Virus record (IMG/VR): IMGVR_UViG_3300033066_002315
Span: 21-64,020 of that record
DNA length: 64,000 nucleotides
Origin: a virus
Lineage: Duplodnaviria > Caudoviricetes
Strand: one strand, 5' to 3'
Position 1 is the stretch's first letter, and the number at the start of each line of letters is the position of its first letter. This document shows positions 9,488-17,427 of this stretch, in pieces. A program made the translations under genes and the position numbers. Under the pieces are notes generated by a model that was not told where the DNA came from, made no database searches, and was given only the letters and a program-made list of their open reading frames with translations.

Positions 9488-9664
9488 TCAGGGGCGTTTC
9501 CAAACCGCGATGAGCAGAGCGAAAAGCACCGTCGAGAGAGCCCAGAAAAAGAGCGCGCGCCCGAGGGCCAGAGCGGCGCGGTGAGAGTGAACCGCGCCGA
9601 GGTACACCGCGACGGCGAGCAGAGTAGCGCTCGCCGTCGCCACAACCAGACGGGGCCGGCTCAC
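9488..9664 (-). CDS. Small two-TM membrane protein (58 aa)
   Basis: Two hydrophobic segments; GTG overlaps upstream TGA. Confidence 0.5.
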   Translation of the reverse strand: MSRPRLVVATASATLLAVAVYLGAVHSHRAALALGRALFFWALSTVLFALLIAVWKRP

Positions 9665-10848
9665 GCTGCCGCGACCTCGCCGCCCTGCTCCACATCCGTC
9701 GCGACCAGCGCTTCGCTCAGCGCGGGCGCGGCCTCGCGCGCCGCGGAGGCCTCCCGCGCGCGACGGGTCTCCCACGCCTTCGACGCGGCCGCCGCGCCCT
9801 TCGCGGCCGCCGTGCCCTGGGGCGGCGCGATGCCGAGATCCTTGTTCTTCAGCGCAGCGTTCTCGCGATCGAGCTGTGCTTCGAAGGCCACCTCGATCTC
9901 GCGCGCCTTCGCGGCGAGATCGTCGGCGAGGCCTTCCAGCACGTTGCGGTACAGCTCCGTGCGACCGCGCAGAGCGGCGAGCGTCTCGAGGCGTTTCTCG
10001 ATGGTGCCGCACCGCATGCCGTTCTGTTGCGCGTCGTCGAGATCCTTCGCGAGGTCACAGAGCTCCCCTTCGAGCGCGCCCTGTGCGGCGTCGCGCGCGG
10101 CCGCGATGTTCTCGGGCGCGTCGTGCATCTTGATCGTCGACGGGCGGAAGCCCATCTCGCGCAACCTCGTTTCGAGAGCGAGCCACCGCGACTCGCTCGC
10201 GGGCGGCAGGAGATACACGCCGCCCTGGTCGCGCAGCGGCAACGCGTTGAGCTCGCGCGCCGCGTCGCTGAGAGCGGCCGACACGTCCTTCGCGACGACG
10301 TGCGTCACCAAGCGATTCCCCTTCTCTGCGATCCCGTCGGCGATAGCCATGGCCTCCGGGATCGCCTCGCCACCTTCGGGCGGAAGCGCAACGAGAGCGC
10401 CAGCCACCGGATCCACGCGGATGCGAGCGCCGCACGTGTGACCGTCGCCGCCCTCGCCTTTGCGAGACTCGACGCGGTAGACACCGAAGGCGACGGGCGT
10501 GTCAGCGTTGGGCGCGGAGAAGGGACGGATCACGAAGCCCTTGGGTTTCCCGCCTTCGGTCGCCGCCCGAGTGAGCGCGGGTCCGTGCGCCAGCTCCGCG
10601 GGGATCAGGTGCTCGAATTGCGCCGCGCCGAAGAGAGCGCGGGCGCTGCTACGGGGCAGATCGATCGCGCCCGCGTTCCAGTAGATCAGCGAGCCGATGT
10701 ACCGACCGCCGGCCTGCGCGAGATTCTCGTGCACCGCTTGGATCTCCTGCTTCGCCGTCTCGCTCGCGCGCCGAGCCTTCGGGGCCTTCGGGGCCTTCGG
10801 GGCCTTGGTGGTGGTGGTGGTCGCCTTGCTGCCGGTCTTCTTAGCCAT
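9661..10848 (-). CDS. DUF6744/DUF3150-like coiled-coil protein with Lys/Ala/Pro-rich N-terminus
   Basis: GSLIYW...LIP...ALTRA N-terminal pattern, helical C-terminus, linkage to MoxR-vWA; SD AAGGAG. Confidence 0.6.
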   Translation of the reverse strand: MAKKTGSKATTTTTKAPKAPKAPKARRASETAKQEIQAVHENLAQAGGRYIGSLIYWNAGAIDLPRSSARALFGAAQFEHLIPAELAHGPALTRAATEGGKPKGFVIRPFSAPNADTPVAFGVYRVESRKGEGGDGHTCGARIRVDPVAGALVALPPEGGEAIPEAMAIADGIAEKGNRLVTHVVAKDVSAALSDAARELNALPLRDQGGVYLLPPASESRWLALETRLREMGFRPSTIKMHDAPENIAAARDAAQGALEGELCDLAKDLDDAQQNGMRCGTIEKRLETLAALRGRTELYRNVLEGLADDLAAKAREIEVAFEAQLDRENAALKNKDLGIAPPQGTAAAKGAAAASKAWETRRAREASAAREAAPALSEALVATDVEQGGEVAAA

Positions 10849-10893
10849 GGTGTTCGCTCCTTCGTTCCGTTGTTCCGCCCCGTTGACTTCATG

Positions 10894-10934
10894 AGTATGC
10901 ATTCTAACGCATGGCTTCGCAACACGAAAACGAC
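10894..10934 (-). promoter_or_regulatory. Early promoter copy 4 (TTGCGA-N17-CATACT)
   Basis: Consensus match; shares the AAGTCAACGG leader with copy 3. Confidence 0.75.
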
Positions 10935-10953
10935 GCGGATGAGAAAGAAAGTT

Positions 10954-10977
10954 TTTCGAGGCGTGTTTCGAGGCGTG
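10954..10977. repeat. Tandem 12-bp repeat TTTCGAGGCGTG x2
   Basis: Read directly in the divergent intergenic region upstream of terL. Confidence 0.8.
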
Positions 10978-11112
10978 GTCGGTGCGGAAACCCACCGGGG
11001 GCGGGCGAGAACGGCCCGAGGACGCGAGCGCGCCGCGCGGGCGATGTAGAAGGAGGCGCGCCGCGCGCGGGCGCGTGAGTGACCAGAGAGCGCCGAGGCG
11101 CGCGGCCGCTGG

Positions 11113-11127
11113 TACAGTCGCCGCATG
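11113..11127 (+). promoter_or_regulatory. TANNNT-N6-ATG element (TACAGT) before terL; first of 22 such elements listed in findings
   Basis: TACAGT cgccgc ATG. Confidence 0.65.
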
Positions 11128-12561
11128 GGTATGCCCGCCCAGAGCCAGACGCGCGCCGACATCGAGCGCGAGATCGCGAGGCGCCGAGAGCAGCTCGGCG
11201 CGGCCGCGAACGATTGGGTTCCGAATCCCGGACCACAGACGCGCTTCCTCCAATCGTCCGCCGACGAGGCGCTCTACGGTGGAGCCGCCGGCGGTTCGAA
11301 GACCGAGAGCCTGCTCGTCGCCGCGCTTCGCTACGTCCACGTACCAGGCTACCGCGCGATCCTCTTCCGCCGACAGGGGACGCAGCTCACCAAGCAGTTG
11401 ATCCCGCGCGCGCGCCTGCTCTATCGCCGGCTCTTCCCGCGCGGCCAGGTGCGGTGGCACGCGACGGATCGCCGCTTCACGTTCCCCAGCGGCGCGACAA
11501 TCGAGTTCGGCGCCGCCGACAAAGAGCAACACATCGAGCGCTGGCAGGGCTTCGAGTTCGCGTTCATCGCGTTCGATGAGCTCACCGCGTTCACCCGCTA
11601 CCAGTACACGTTCATGTTTTCGCGGCTCCGCTCGACGGTCGCGGGACTCCCGACGCGAATGCGCGCGGGCACGAACCCGGGCGGCCCTGGACATGAATGG
11701 GTCCTGCGGCGCTGGGCTCCATGGCTCTATCCGCTCGGCCACATCGAGTACAACGGCCAGCGCGCGCGCGATGGTGAGCCGCTCTGGATGGAGCCCATCG
11801 AGGACAGCGACGAGGAGCGCATCGCAGAGCCGGGCACGCCGACGGCGATCTCGCGCACGTTCTTCTCGTCGCGCGTGTCGGACACGCCGCAGCTCGGCGA
11901 GGAGTACGAACGCAAGAACCTGAGCGGCCTCGACCGGCTCACGCGCAAGCGCCTGAAAGACGGCGATTGGATGGCGCGCGCCGTCGCTGGCGAGTTCTTC
12001 GAGCGCGGCTGGTTCGAGATCGTCAACGCGGGGCCGCGCGATGTCCTGCTCCGCCTGCGATATTGGGATCTCGCCGGCACGAGCGAGAAACACGCGACGC
12101 CCTCGACGGCCTACACGGCGGGGCTGCTCATGAGCGTCTCGCACGATGGCGTGCTGTTCATCGAGCACGTGCTCCGCGCGCAGCTCTCGCCGGGTGAGGT
12201 CGAGCAGACGATCGAGCGCACGCTCGCCGCCGACCGCATCGAAGACGACGGGGTGATCACGATCATCGAGCGCGACCCCGCGCAGAGCGGGAAGTTTCAG
12301 GCCTGGTACTTCGGGCGCAAGCTCGGGATCAAGGCGATCCCACCGAACGGCAACAAGCTCTCTCGCGCGTTGATCGCGAGCGCCCAGGCCGAGGCGGGCA
12401 ACATCAAGATCGTGCGCGGCTTGGGATCGGTGAGATGGATCGAGCCCTTCCTTCGGGAGGCCGAGAGCTTCCCCGAGGACAAGAAAGACCAGATCGACGC
12501 GCTCTCTGGAGCCGTGCGCTTCGCGCTGCTCAAGATCGCGAAGATGCTTGGGCGCCGTTGA
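11125..12561 (+). CDS. terL: Terminase large subunit
   Basis: YGGAAGGSKT Walker A, AFIAFDELT Walker B, TNPGGPGHEWV, nuclease motifs YWDLA and KDQIDA. Confidence 0.95.
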   Translation: MGMPAQSQTRADIEREIARRREQLGAAANDWVPNPGPQTRFLQSSADEALYGGAAGGSKTESLLVAALRYVHVPGYRAILFRRQGTQLTKQLIPRARLLYRRLFPRGQVRWHATDRRFTFPSGATIEFGAADKEQHIERWQGFEFAFIAFDELTAFTRYQYTFMFSRLRSTVAGLPTRMRAGTNPGGPGHEWVLRRWAPWLYPLGHIEYNGQRARDGEPLWMEPIEDSDEERIAEPGTPTAISRTFFSSRVSDTPQLGEEYERKNLSGLDRLTRKRLKDGDWMARAVAGEFFERGWFEIVNAGPRDVLLRLRYWDLAGTSEKHATPSTAYTAGLLMSVSHDGVLFIEHVLRAQLSPGEVEQTIERTLAADRIEDDGVITIIERDPAQSGKFQAWYFGRKLGIKAIPPNGNKLSRALIASAQAEAGNIKIVRGLGSVRWIEPFLREAESFPEDKKDQIDALSGAVRFALLKIAKMLGRR

Positions 12562-12592
12562 CGGCGTGGGCGCGCCGCACGAACTTGCGTCG

Positions 12593-12865
12593 ATGATCGA
12601 CGTGCTCGCCGACGACGCGACCCGAGCGCTTGCTGCGGCCGGCTACGCGGAGACGCTCACCACCTCGACGCCGATCGGCGAGCTGGCCGCGCTCGTTGCA
12701 GTCGTAGCAGAGGGCGCCGCCGGCGACGCGACCGAGGAGGATCTGCGCGCGCTCGATGCGCTCGCGGTCCTCTGGCACGCGCGGCGCGGCGGCGCGGTGG
12801 CGCCGCGCGAGGCGGCGTTCCTGCTCGGCGTGTATGGCGCTGGAGCGGAGCGCGCCGAGGCGTAA
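12593..12865 (+). CDS. Hypothetical protein
   Basis: ORF between terL and portal; start uncertain. Confidence 0.5.
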   Translation: MIDVLADDATRALAAAGYAETLTTSTPIGELAALVAVVAEGAAGDATEEDLRALDALAVLWHARRGGAVAPREAAFLLGVYGAGAERAEA

Positions 12866-12906
12866 GCCGCATCGACGTCGGGCGGCGCTGATATACGCTG
12901 CCGACC

Positions 12907-15900
12907 ATGCGCCGCTTCGGTCCCCAGCCCGCCCTCTCCTCCGGTCCGATCTTCGCTGCGTCCTCGCGCGCGCCGTCGCCTTCGATCGCGCTGCACGAAC
13001 GATCCAGCCCGCGCAGCGCGCGGCGGCGTGCCTTCCTCGCTGCAGCTCGCACGGCCTCGACGCCGCGCGAGCTGCTCGACGTGAACGCCCTCACGCGCAA
13101 CCTCTTCACCGATCGACTGCCGTTCGCCGAGAAGTTCCGACCCTTCTACGGGCGGATCGACATGGCATTGATCGCCGAGGTGCTGCGCATGTCGGACGTC
13201 GGGATCATGACCCCGATCGCCGACCTCGAGCGGGAGACGCTCGCGCTCGATCCGCACGCGAGCATGCTCCCGCAAAAACGGTTCGGGGTGCTCTCCGCGC
13301 TCGAGCCCCAGGTCGACGCCGCGAAGGGCGACGGGCTCGACCCGAAGCTCGCCGAGGAGATCGCTGCCGACGTGCGAAGCATGATCTCCAAGATCCGCGG
13401 CCTGCGCGCCGCGATCTACGACATCGCGTGGTCGCTCTTCGATGGGCGCGGGGCGCTGGAGATCGATTGGGCGCACGTCGGGGGTAAGTACCCTTATCGT
13501 CCTGTCGCGCTCGACTGGATTCACCCGCGCCGGATCGCGTTCGGCCCCGATCGCGAGCTGCGGGTTATCGACACGTTCACGAACGGGCGCGGATGGTGGT
13601 CGCCGAACGGGATCGCGCTGCGCGACTATCCGGGGAAGTTCGTCACATGGATGCCGCGGTACTTCTGCGACTACCCGGAGCGAGAGGGCTTGGGCCGGCG
13701 CTCGCTGTACTGGTGTCTCTTCAAACGCTTCTCCAACCGAATGCGGATGGTGCTCACCGAGCTCTTCGCGATCCCGTGGCGCACGATCGAGTTCGATCAA
13801 GACACCGAGTTCAGCACCACCTCATGGGAGGACATGGAGGCAGCCGAGGACGCAGCCGAGGCGCTCGGCGGGGAGAACAGCGTCGCGATCCCACCGGGCG
13901 GGCGCCTCCGCGTGCAATGGCCGGGCGAGAACAGCGGGCAGCTCTTCGAGCTGACCCGCACCGGCGTCAACGACGAGCTGTCGAAGCTCTGGGTCCTCAA
14001 CACCGGGACGAGCGACATGAAGGCCGACGCGCTCGGCGGGGGCGCCACGGCGGTGCACAAGGGCGAGCAGAACATCGCGCAGGACCGCGACGCGTTCGGA
14101 ATCGCCGAGGTCTTCCAAGTCGATCTCGTCGACGTCTACGTGTTGCTCAATCGCGGTCCCGCGTTCCTCGACTACTCGCCCACGATCACGCTCGTCACGA
14201 AGGACGTCAAAGACCGGGCGAAGGCGCAAACCATCTTGGAGAACGCGATCAAGATGGGCGTGCCCGTTTCGCTCGGCGCCTACTACGAAGAGACCGGCGT
14301 CCCTCACCCCGACGAAGGCGAGCCCGTGATCGTCGCGAGCCCCGACGCCATGGGAAACATGATCGGTCACATCGTGTTCCCCGAGAGCTGGGACGGTCCG
14401 CGGATCGGCGAGCCGCCTGCATCGGATGAGGGCGAGGCCAAGTCCGAGGAGCCGATCTACGCCTACCACATCGAGCAAAACATCGTGGCTCGTGACGAGG
14501 CTCGCGCGAAGATGAACCTGCCACCGCTGCCCGGCGGCGCCGGCTCGGTCGAGACGCTGGCGGCCAACCTCCAAGCCGCGGCCGAAGCCGCGAAGCAGGG
14601 CGGCGCACCGCCCGGCGCGCCCGGCGCGCCAGGCGCGCCGCATCGTTCGTTTCCACCACGCGCCGCACCCGCTGCGGACAAGCCGAAGGCGCCGCAGGAT
14701 TCACCGGCAACGAGCGACGAAGAAGCGACGCGCCGTCTCGCGGAGCGCGCGCGCGTCCTCGCCGCGGCGCACCACGCGCCGACGGTCAACGGCACCGAGG
14801 CCGAGCTGGTCTCGCGCGGCGTGCGCGAGGGCGTCCGGCACACCGCGGTCTGGGCGCAGTCCCTCGTCGACGCGATCGATGATGAAGGACACGATCATCT
14901 CGCCGCGCACCGCGCGCTCACCAAAGCCGCCGACGCGTTCAACCTCGAAGGCTTCGCGCGCGCGATCGAGCGCACCACGATCCTCTCTCTCGCGCTCGGC
15001 GCGCTCGACAGCGCCTGGGAGAGCGCGGCCGACGCTACGCCGCAGCAGGCGAGCTTCCGCGAGGCGCGCGGCGACGTGCTCATCCTCGCGAGCCCCCTCG
15101 GTGCGCTCGAGATCCCGCAGTTCACCACCAAGCCGTTCGCGGAGGCGATCTCAAGCTTCCTCGGGAAGAACATCGTCTCGCGCCGCTTCTTCGATCGCCT
15201 CACTGCCGAGGCGAAGCGCCGATCGTTCACCGTCGCTGGGCTCGCCCAAAAGCGCATGCTCGTGGTCGCGCACGAGGAGCTGACGAAGGCCATCACCGAG
15301 GGGATCGATCTGCGCGAGTTCCGCGCGCGGCTCGCGCAGCGCTTCGAGTCGAACGGCTGGACGCCGCTCAACAAGTCGCACGTCGAGACCGTCTTCCGGA
15401 CCCAGGTGCAAGGCGCGTATGCGAGCGGGCGCGACGTCCAACAACGGCAGCCCGAGGTGCTCGAGGCCCGACCGTACTGGCAGATCCAAGGCGTGAAGGA
15501 CGATCGCACGCGCGACGCGCACGCGGCCGCGCACGGCAAGGTGCTTCACTACTCCGATCCCTTCTGGACGCGCGCGCCGCTCCCCTGGGGTTTCAACGAG
15601 CGTTGTCGCCGCGTGACGCGCTCGGAGGCGGACCTCGCGCGCCTCGGCCTCCAGGTCACGAACGGCGCGATGCTCAGCGGCCTCCCCGACGAGGGCTTCG
15701 ACGCGGGCGCCGGCGGCCTCTTCGAGCGCGGGCGCGCGAGCTTCGTCGAGCTCTGCGTCTATCTCCCCGCGATCTGGCTCGACGCGGCCAGCGATGGGGC
15801 CGCGCGCGGCCCCAAACCGGAACCCGCGGCGGCGCCGGCCGCGCACGATGGGGCCGCGCGCGGCCCCATCGTGCGGATCTACGCGGACTCGCTGGTTGTC

Positions 15901-16629
15901 CTGATCGACCGGCCCGAAGGCACCGTCGAGACGGGCACCAGCGCGGACGGCACCGAGTGGTCGCGCACGTGGCCCTTCGACGGCGGCGAGCTCCCCGGCA
16001 CGCAGGCGGGCGACGGCGAGCCGATCGACGTCTTCTGCGGCCCCAAGGCCGACGCGCCGATCGCCTTCTGGCTCGTGCAGAAGGGCGACGATCCGGAGCT
16101 GCGGCTCGCGCTCGGCTGGGAGAACGAGGCGGCCGCGCGCGAGGCTTACGGATCGGTCGTGCCGATCGAGATGCTCGACCGCGTGATCGCGCAACCCGTC
16201 GAGCACGTGAAAGCGATCCTCGGCCTCGCGCCCGACGCGAGGCATCTCGAGGTGCGCAGGCTCGCGGATCCGACGCTGCTCGTTGCAGGCTGGGAGCGCG
16301 AGCTGCTCGACGACGGTCCGCTGGAGTTCGGCCACGAAGAGCAACTGCGGAGCGAGGTCGGGAAGTTCACGCCCAACGGCGAGGGCCACATCTCGGCCGC
16401 GGCCCACGTCACGGAGGTCTCCGCGCCGTTCGCCACGCACGGCAACACGCACCACCAAGATCGCGTGCAGTGGGCGGGCGTGAAAGCGAAGGCGCTCGGC
16501 AAGCCGGTCTACGTGATCCCCAACGCGAAGGCCGGGCATCTCGACGGCGGAGTCTCTCTCAAGACGAGCCCGCCGAAGAAGGGGCCGTACCACGCGGTCC
16601 ATCCGGACGGCTCGATCACGCACCACTGA
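12907..16629 (+). CDS. Portal protein (DUF935/Mu gp29-like) fused to Mu gpF-like head morphogenesis domain and an InPase-like domain
   Basis: Portal-like N-half after terL; VFRTQVQGAY..GR, RPYWQ, DDRTRDAH, WGFNERCR (gpF); IDRPEG...W...GELPGT..GDGEPIDVFCGP (InPase-like). Confidence 0.85.
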   Translation: MRRFGPQPALSSGPIFAASSRAPSPSIALHERSSPRSARRRAFLAAARTASTPRELLDVNALTRNLFTDRLPFAEKFRPFYGRIDMALIAEVLRMSDVGIMTPIADLERETLALDPHASMLPQKRFGVLSALEPQVDAAKGDGLDPKLAEEIAADVRSMISKIRGLRAAIYDIAWSLFDGRGALEIDWAHVGGKYPYRPVALDWIHPRRIAFGPDRELRVIDTFTNGRGWWSPNGIALRDYPGKFVTWMPRYFCDYPEREGLGRRSLYWCLFKRFSNRMRMVLTELFAIPWRTIEFDQDTEFSTTSWEDMEAAEDAAEALGGENSVAIPPGGRLRVQWPGENSGQLFELTRTGVNDELSKLWVLNTGTSDMKADALGGGATAVHKGEQNIAQDRDAFGIAEVFQVDLVDVYVLLNRGPAFLDYSPTITLVTKDVKDRAKAQTILENAIKMGVPVSLGAYYEETGVPHPDEGEPVIVASPDAMGNMIGHIVFPESWDGPRIGEPPASDEGEAKSEEPIYAYHIEQNIVARDEARAKMNLPPLPGGAGSVETLAANLQAAAEAAKQGGAPPGAPGAPGAPHRSFPPRAAPAADKPKAPQDSPATSDEEATRRLAERARVLAAAHHAPTVNGTEAELVSRGVREGVRHTAVWAQSLVDAIDDEGHDHLAAHRALTKAADAFNLEGFARAIERTTILSLALGALDSAWESAADATPQQASFREARGDVLILASPLGALEIPQFTTKPFAEAISSFLGKNIVSRRFFDRLTAEAKRRSFTVAGLAQKRMLVVAHEELTKAITEGIDLREFRARLAQRFESNGWTPLNKSHVETVFRTQVQGAYASGRDVQQRQPEVLEARPYWQIQGVKDDRTRDAHAAAHGKVLHYSDPFWTRAPLPWGFNERCRRVTRSEADLARLGLQVTNGAMLSGLPDEGFDAGAGGLFERGRASFVELCVYLPAIWLDAASDGAARGPKPEPAAAPAAHDGAARGPIVRIYADSLVVLIDRPEGTVETGTSADGTEWSRTWPFDGGELPGTQAGDGEPIDVFCGPKADAPIAFWLVQKGDDPELRLALGWENEAAAREAYGSVVPIEMLDRVIAQPVEHVKAILGLAPDARHLEVRRLADPTLLVAGWERELLDDGPLEFGHEEQLRSEVGKFTPNGEGHISAAAHVTEVSAPFATHGNTHHQDRVQWAGVKAKALGKPVYVIPNAKAGHLDGGVSLKTSPPKKGPYHAVHPDGSITHH

Positions 16630-16743
16630 TCTCGACGCGCGACGCGCGGGCGGGTAGCTTCCGATCTCGCCCCTCGGGGCGGCTCCCTTTCTGGCTCCCG
16701 GGGGCGCGCGCGGAGGAGCCCACCAACAACAGCGACGCGGAAT

Positions 16744-16782
16744 GACGCCCCGGCTTGTCCCCCCGAGCCGGGGCGTCGCTTT
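16744..16782 (+). terminator. Rho-independent terminator
   Basis: 12-bp stem GACGCCCCGGCT/AGCCGGGGCGTC followed by GCTTTT. Confidence 0.75.
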
Positions 16783-16871
16783 TGGCCGGCGGCCATCGCG
16801 TTCGGATCGCGCCATGCCCCTCTTGACTTCCGTCGATTCCCGGAAGCCCGGCGATCGGCTACGTTCTGCCC

Positions 16872-17405
16872 ATGGCTCTCTCCACCATCCCCGTTCGCGC
16901 CGCCAACTTTCTCACCTCCGCGCTGTATCGGGCGCTCGTCGTTCTCCGCGGCGAGGTCGAGACTCGCCTCGCTGCCGCGGAGGCCTCGATCGCCGCGAGC
17001 CTCCCGGTCTCGAAAAAGACGGTCACCATCGGCCACGCCGATCTCACCGATGCAGTGGCCGGCGAGGCGCAGGCGATCAACCTCTCCACCGCGCTGCCTT
17101 CCAACGCGCGGATCGTCGGCACCGACATGCGCTCGTACACCCCGTTCACCGGCGGCTCGGTGTCCGCGGTCACGTGCGACATCGGCACGAGCGGAGACGT
17201 CGACGCGCTGATCGACGGCGCCGATCTCCAGACGGCGGCGGTCGACGGCGGCCCGGCGACGATGCCCAAGGGCGTCCGGCCCAACAAGACGTTCGCCTCC
17301 GGCGGGCAGCTCCTCGCGACCTTCTACCCGGACGGGGGCCACGCGCTCGACGCGCTCACCGCGGGCAGCATCGTGATCGACGTGCTCTACGTCGTGCTCG
17401 CGTAA
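16872..17405 (+). CDS. Putative head decoration or structural protein
   Basis: Head-module position; beta-rich; TACGTT-N6-ATG. Confidence 0.6.
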   Translation: MALSTIPVRAANFLTSALYRALVVLRGEVETRLAAAEASIAASLPVSKKTVTIGHADLTDAVAGEAQAINLSTALPSNARIVGTDMRSYTPFTGGSVSAVTCDIGTSGDVDALIDGADLQTAAVDGGPATMPKGVRPNKTFASGGQLLATFYPDGGHALDALTAGSIVIDVLYVVLA

Positions 17406-17427
17406 TCGAGGGAGGCTCGACCGCACC

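Noticed and set aside
10775-10822. 9-bp and 3-bp tandem repeats as regulatory elements
   Set aside because: In-frame coding of KAP x3 and poly-Thr in the DUF6744-like N-terminus
9661-12168. 835-aa ORF starting at 12168
   Set aside because: The part above 10848 is the antisense shadow of terL; SD and promoter support the start at 10848
16823-16865. TTGACT as the -35 for the TACGTT -10
   Set aside because: Spacer is 31 bp, incompatible with sigma70 geometry
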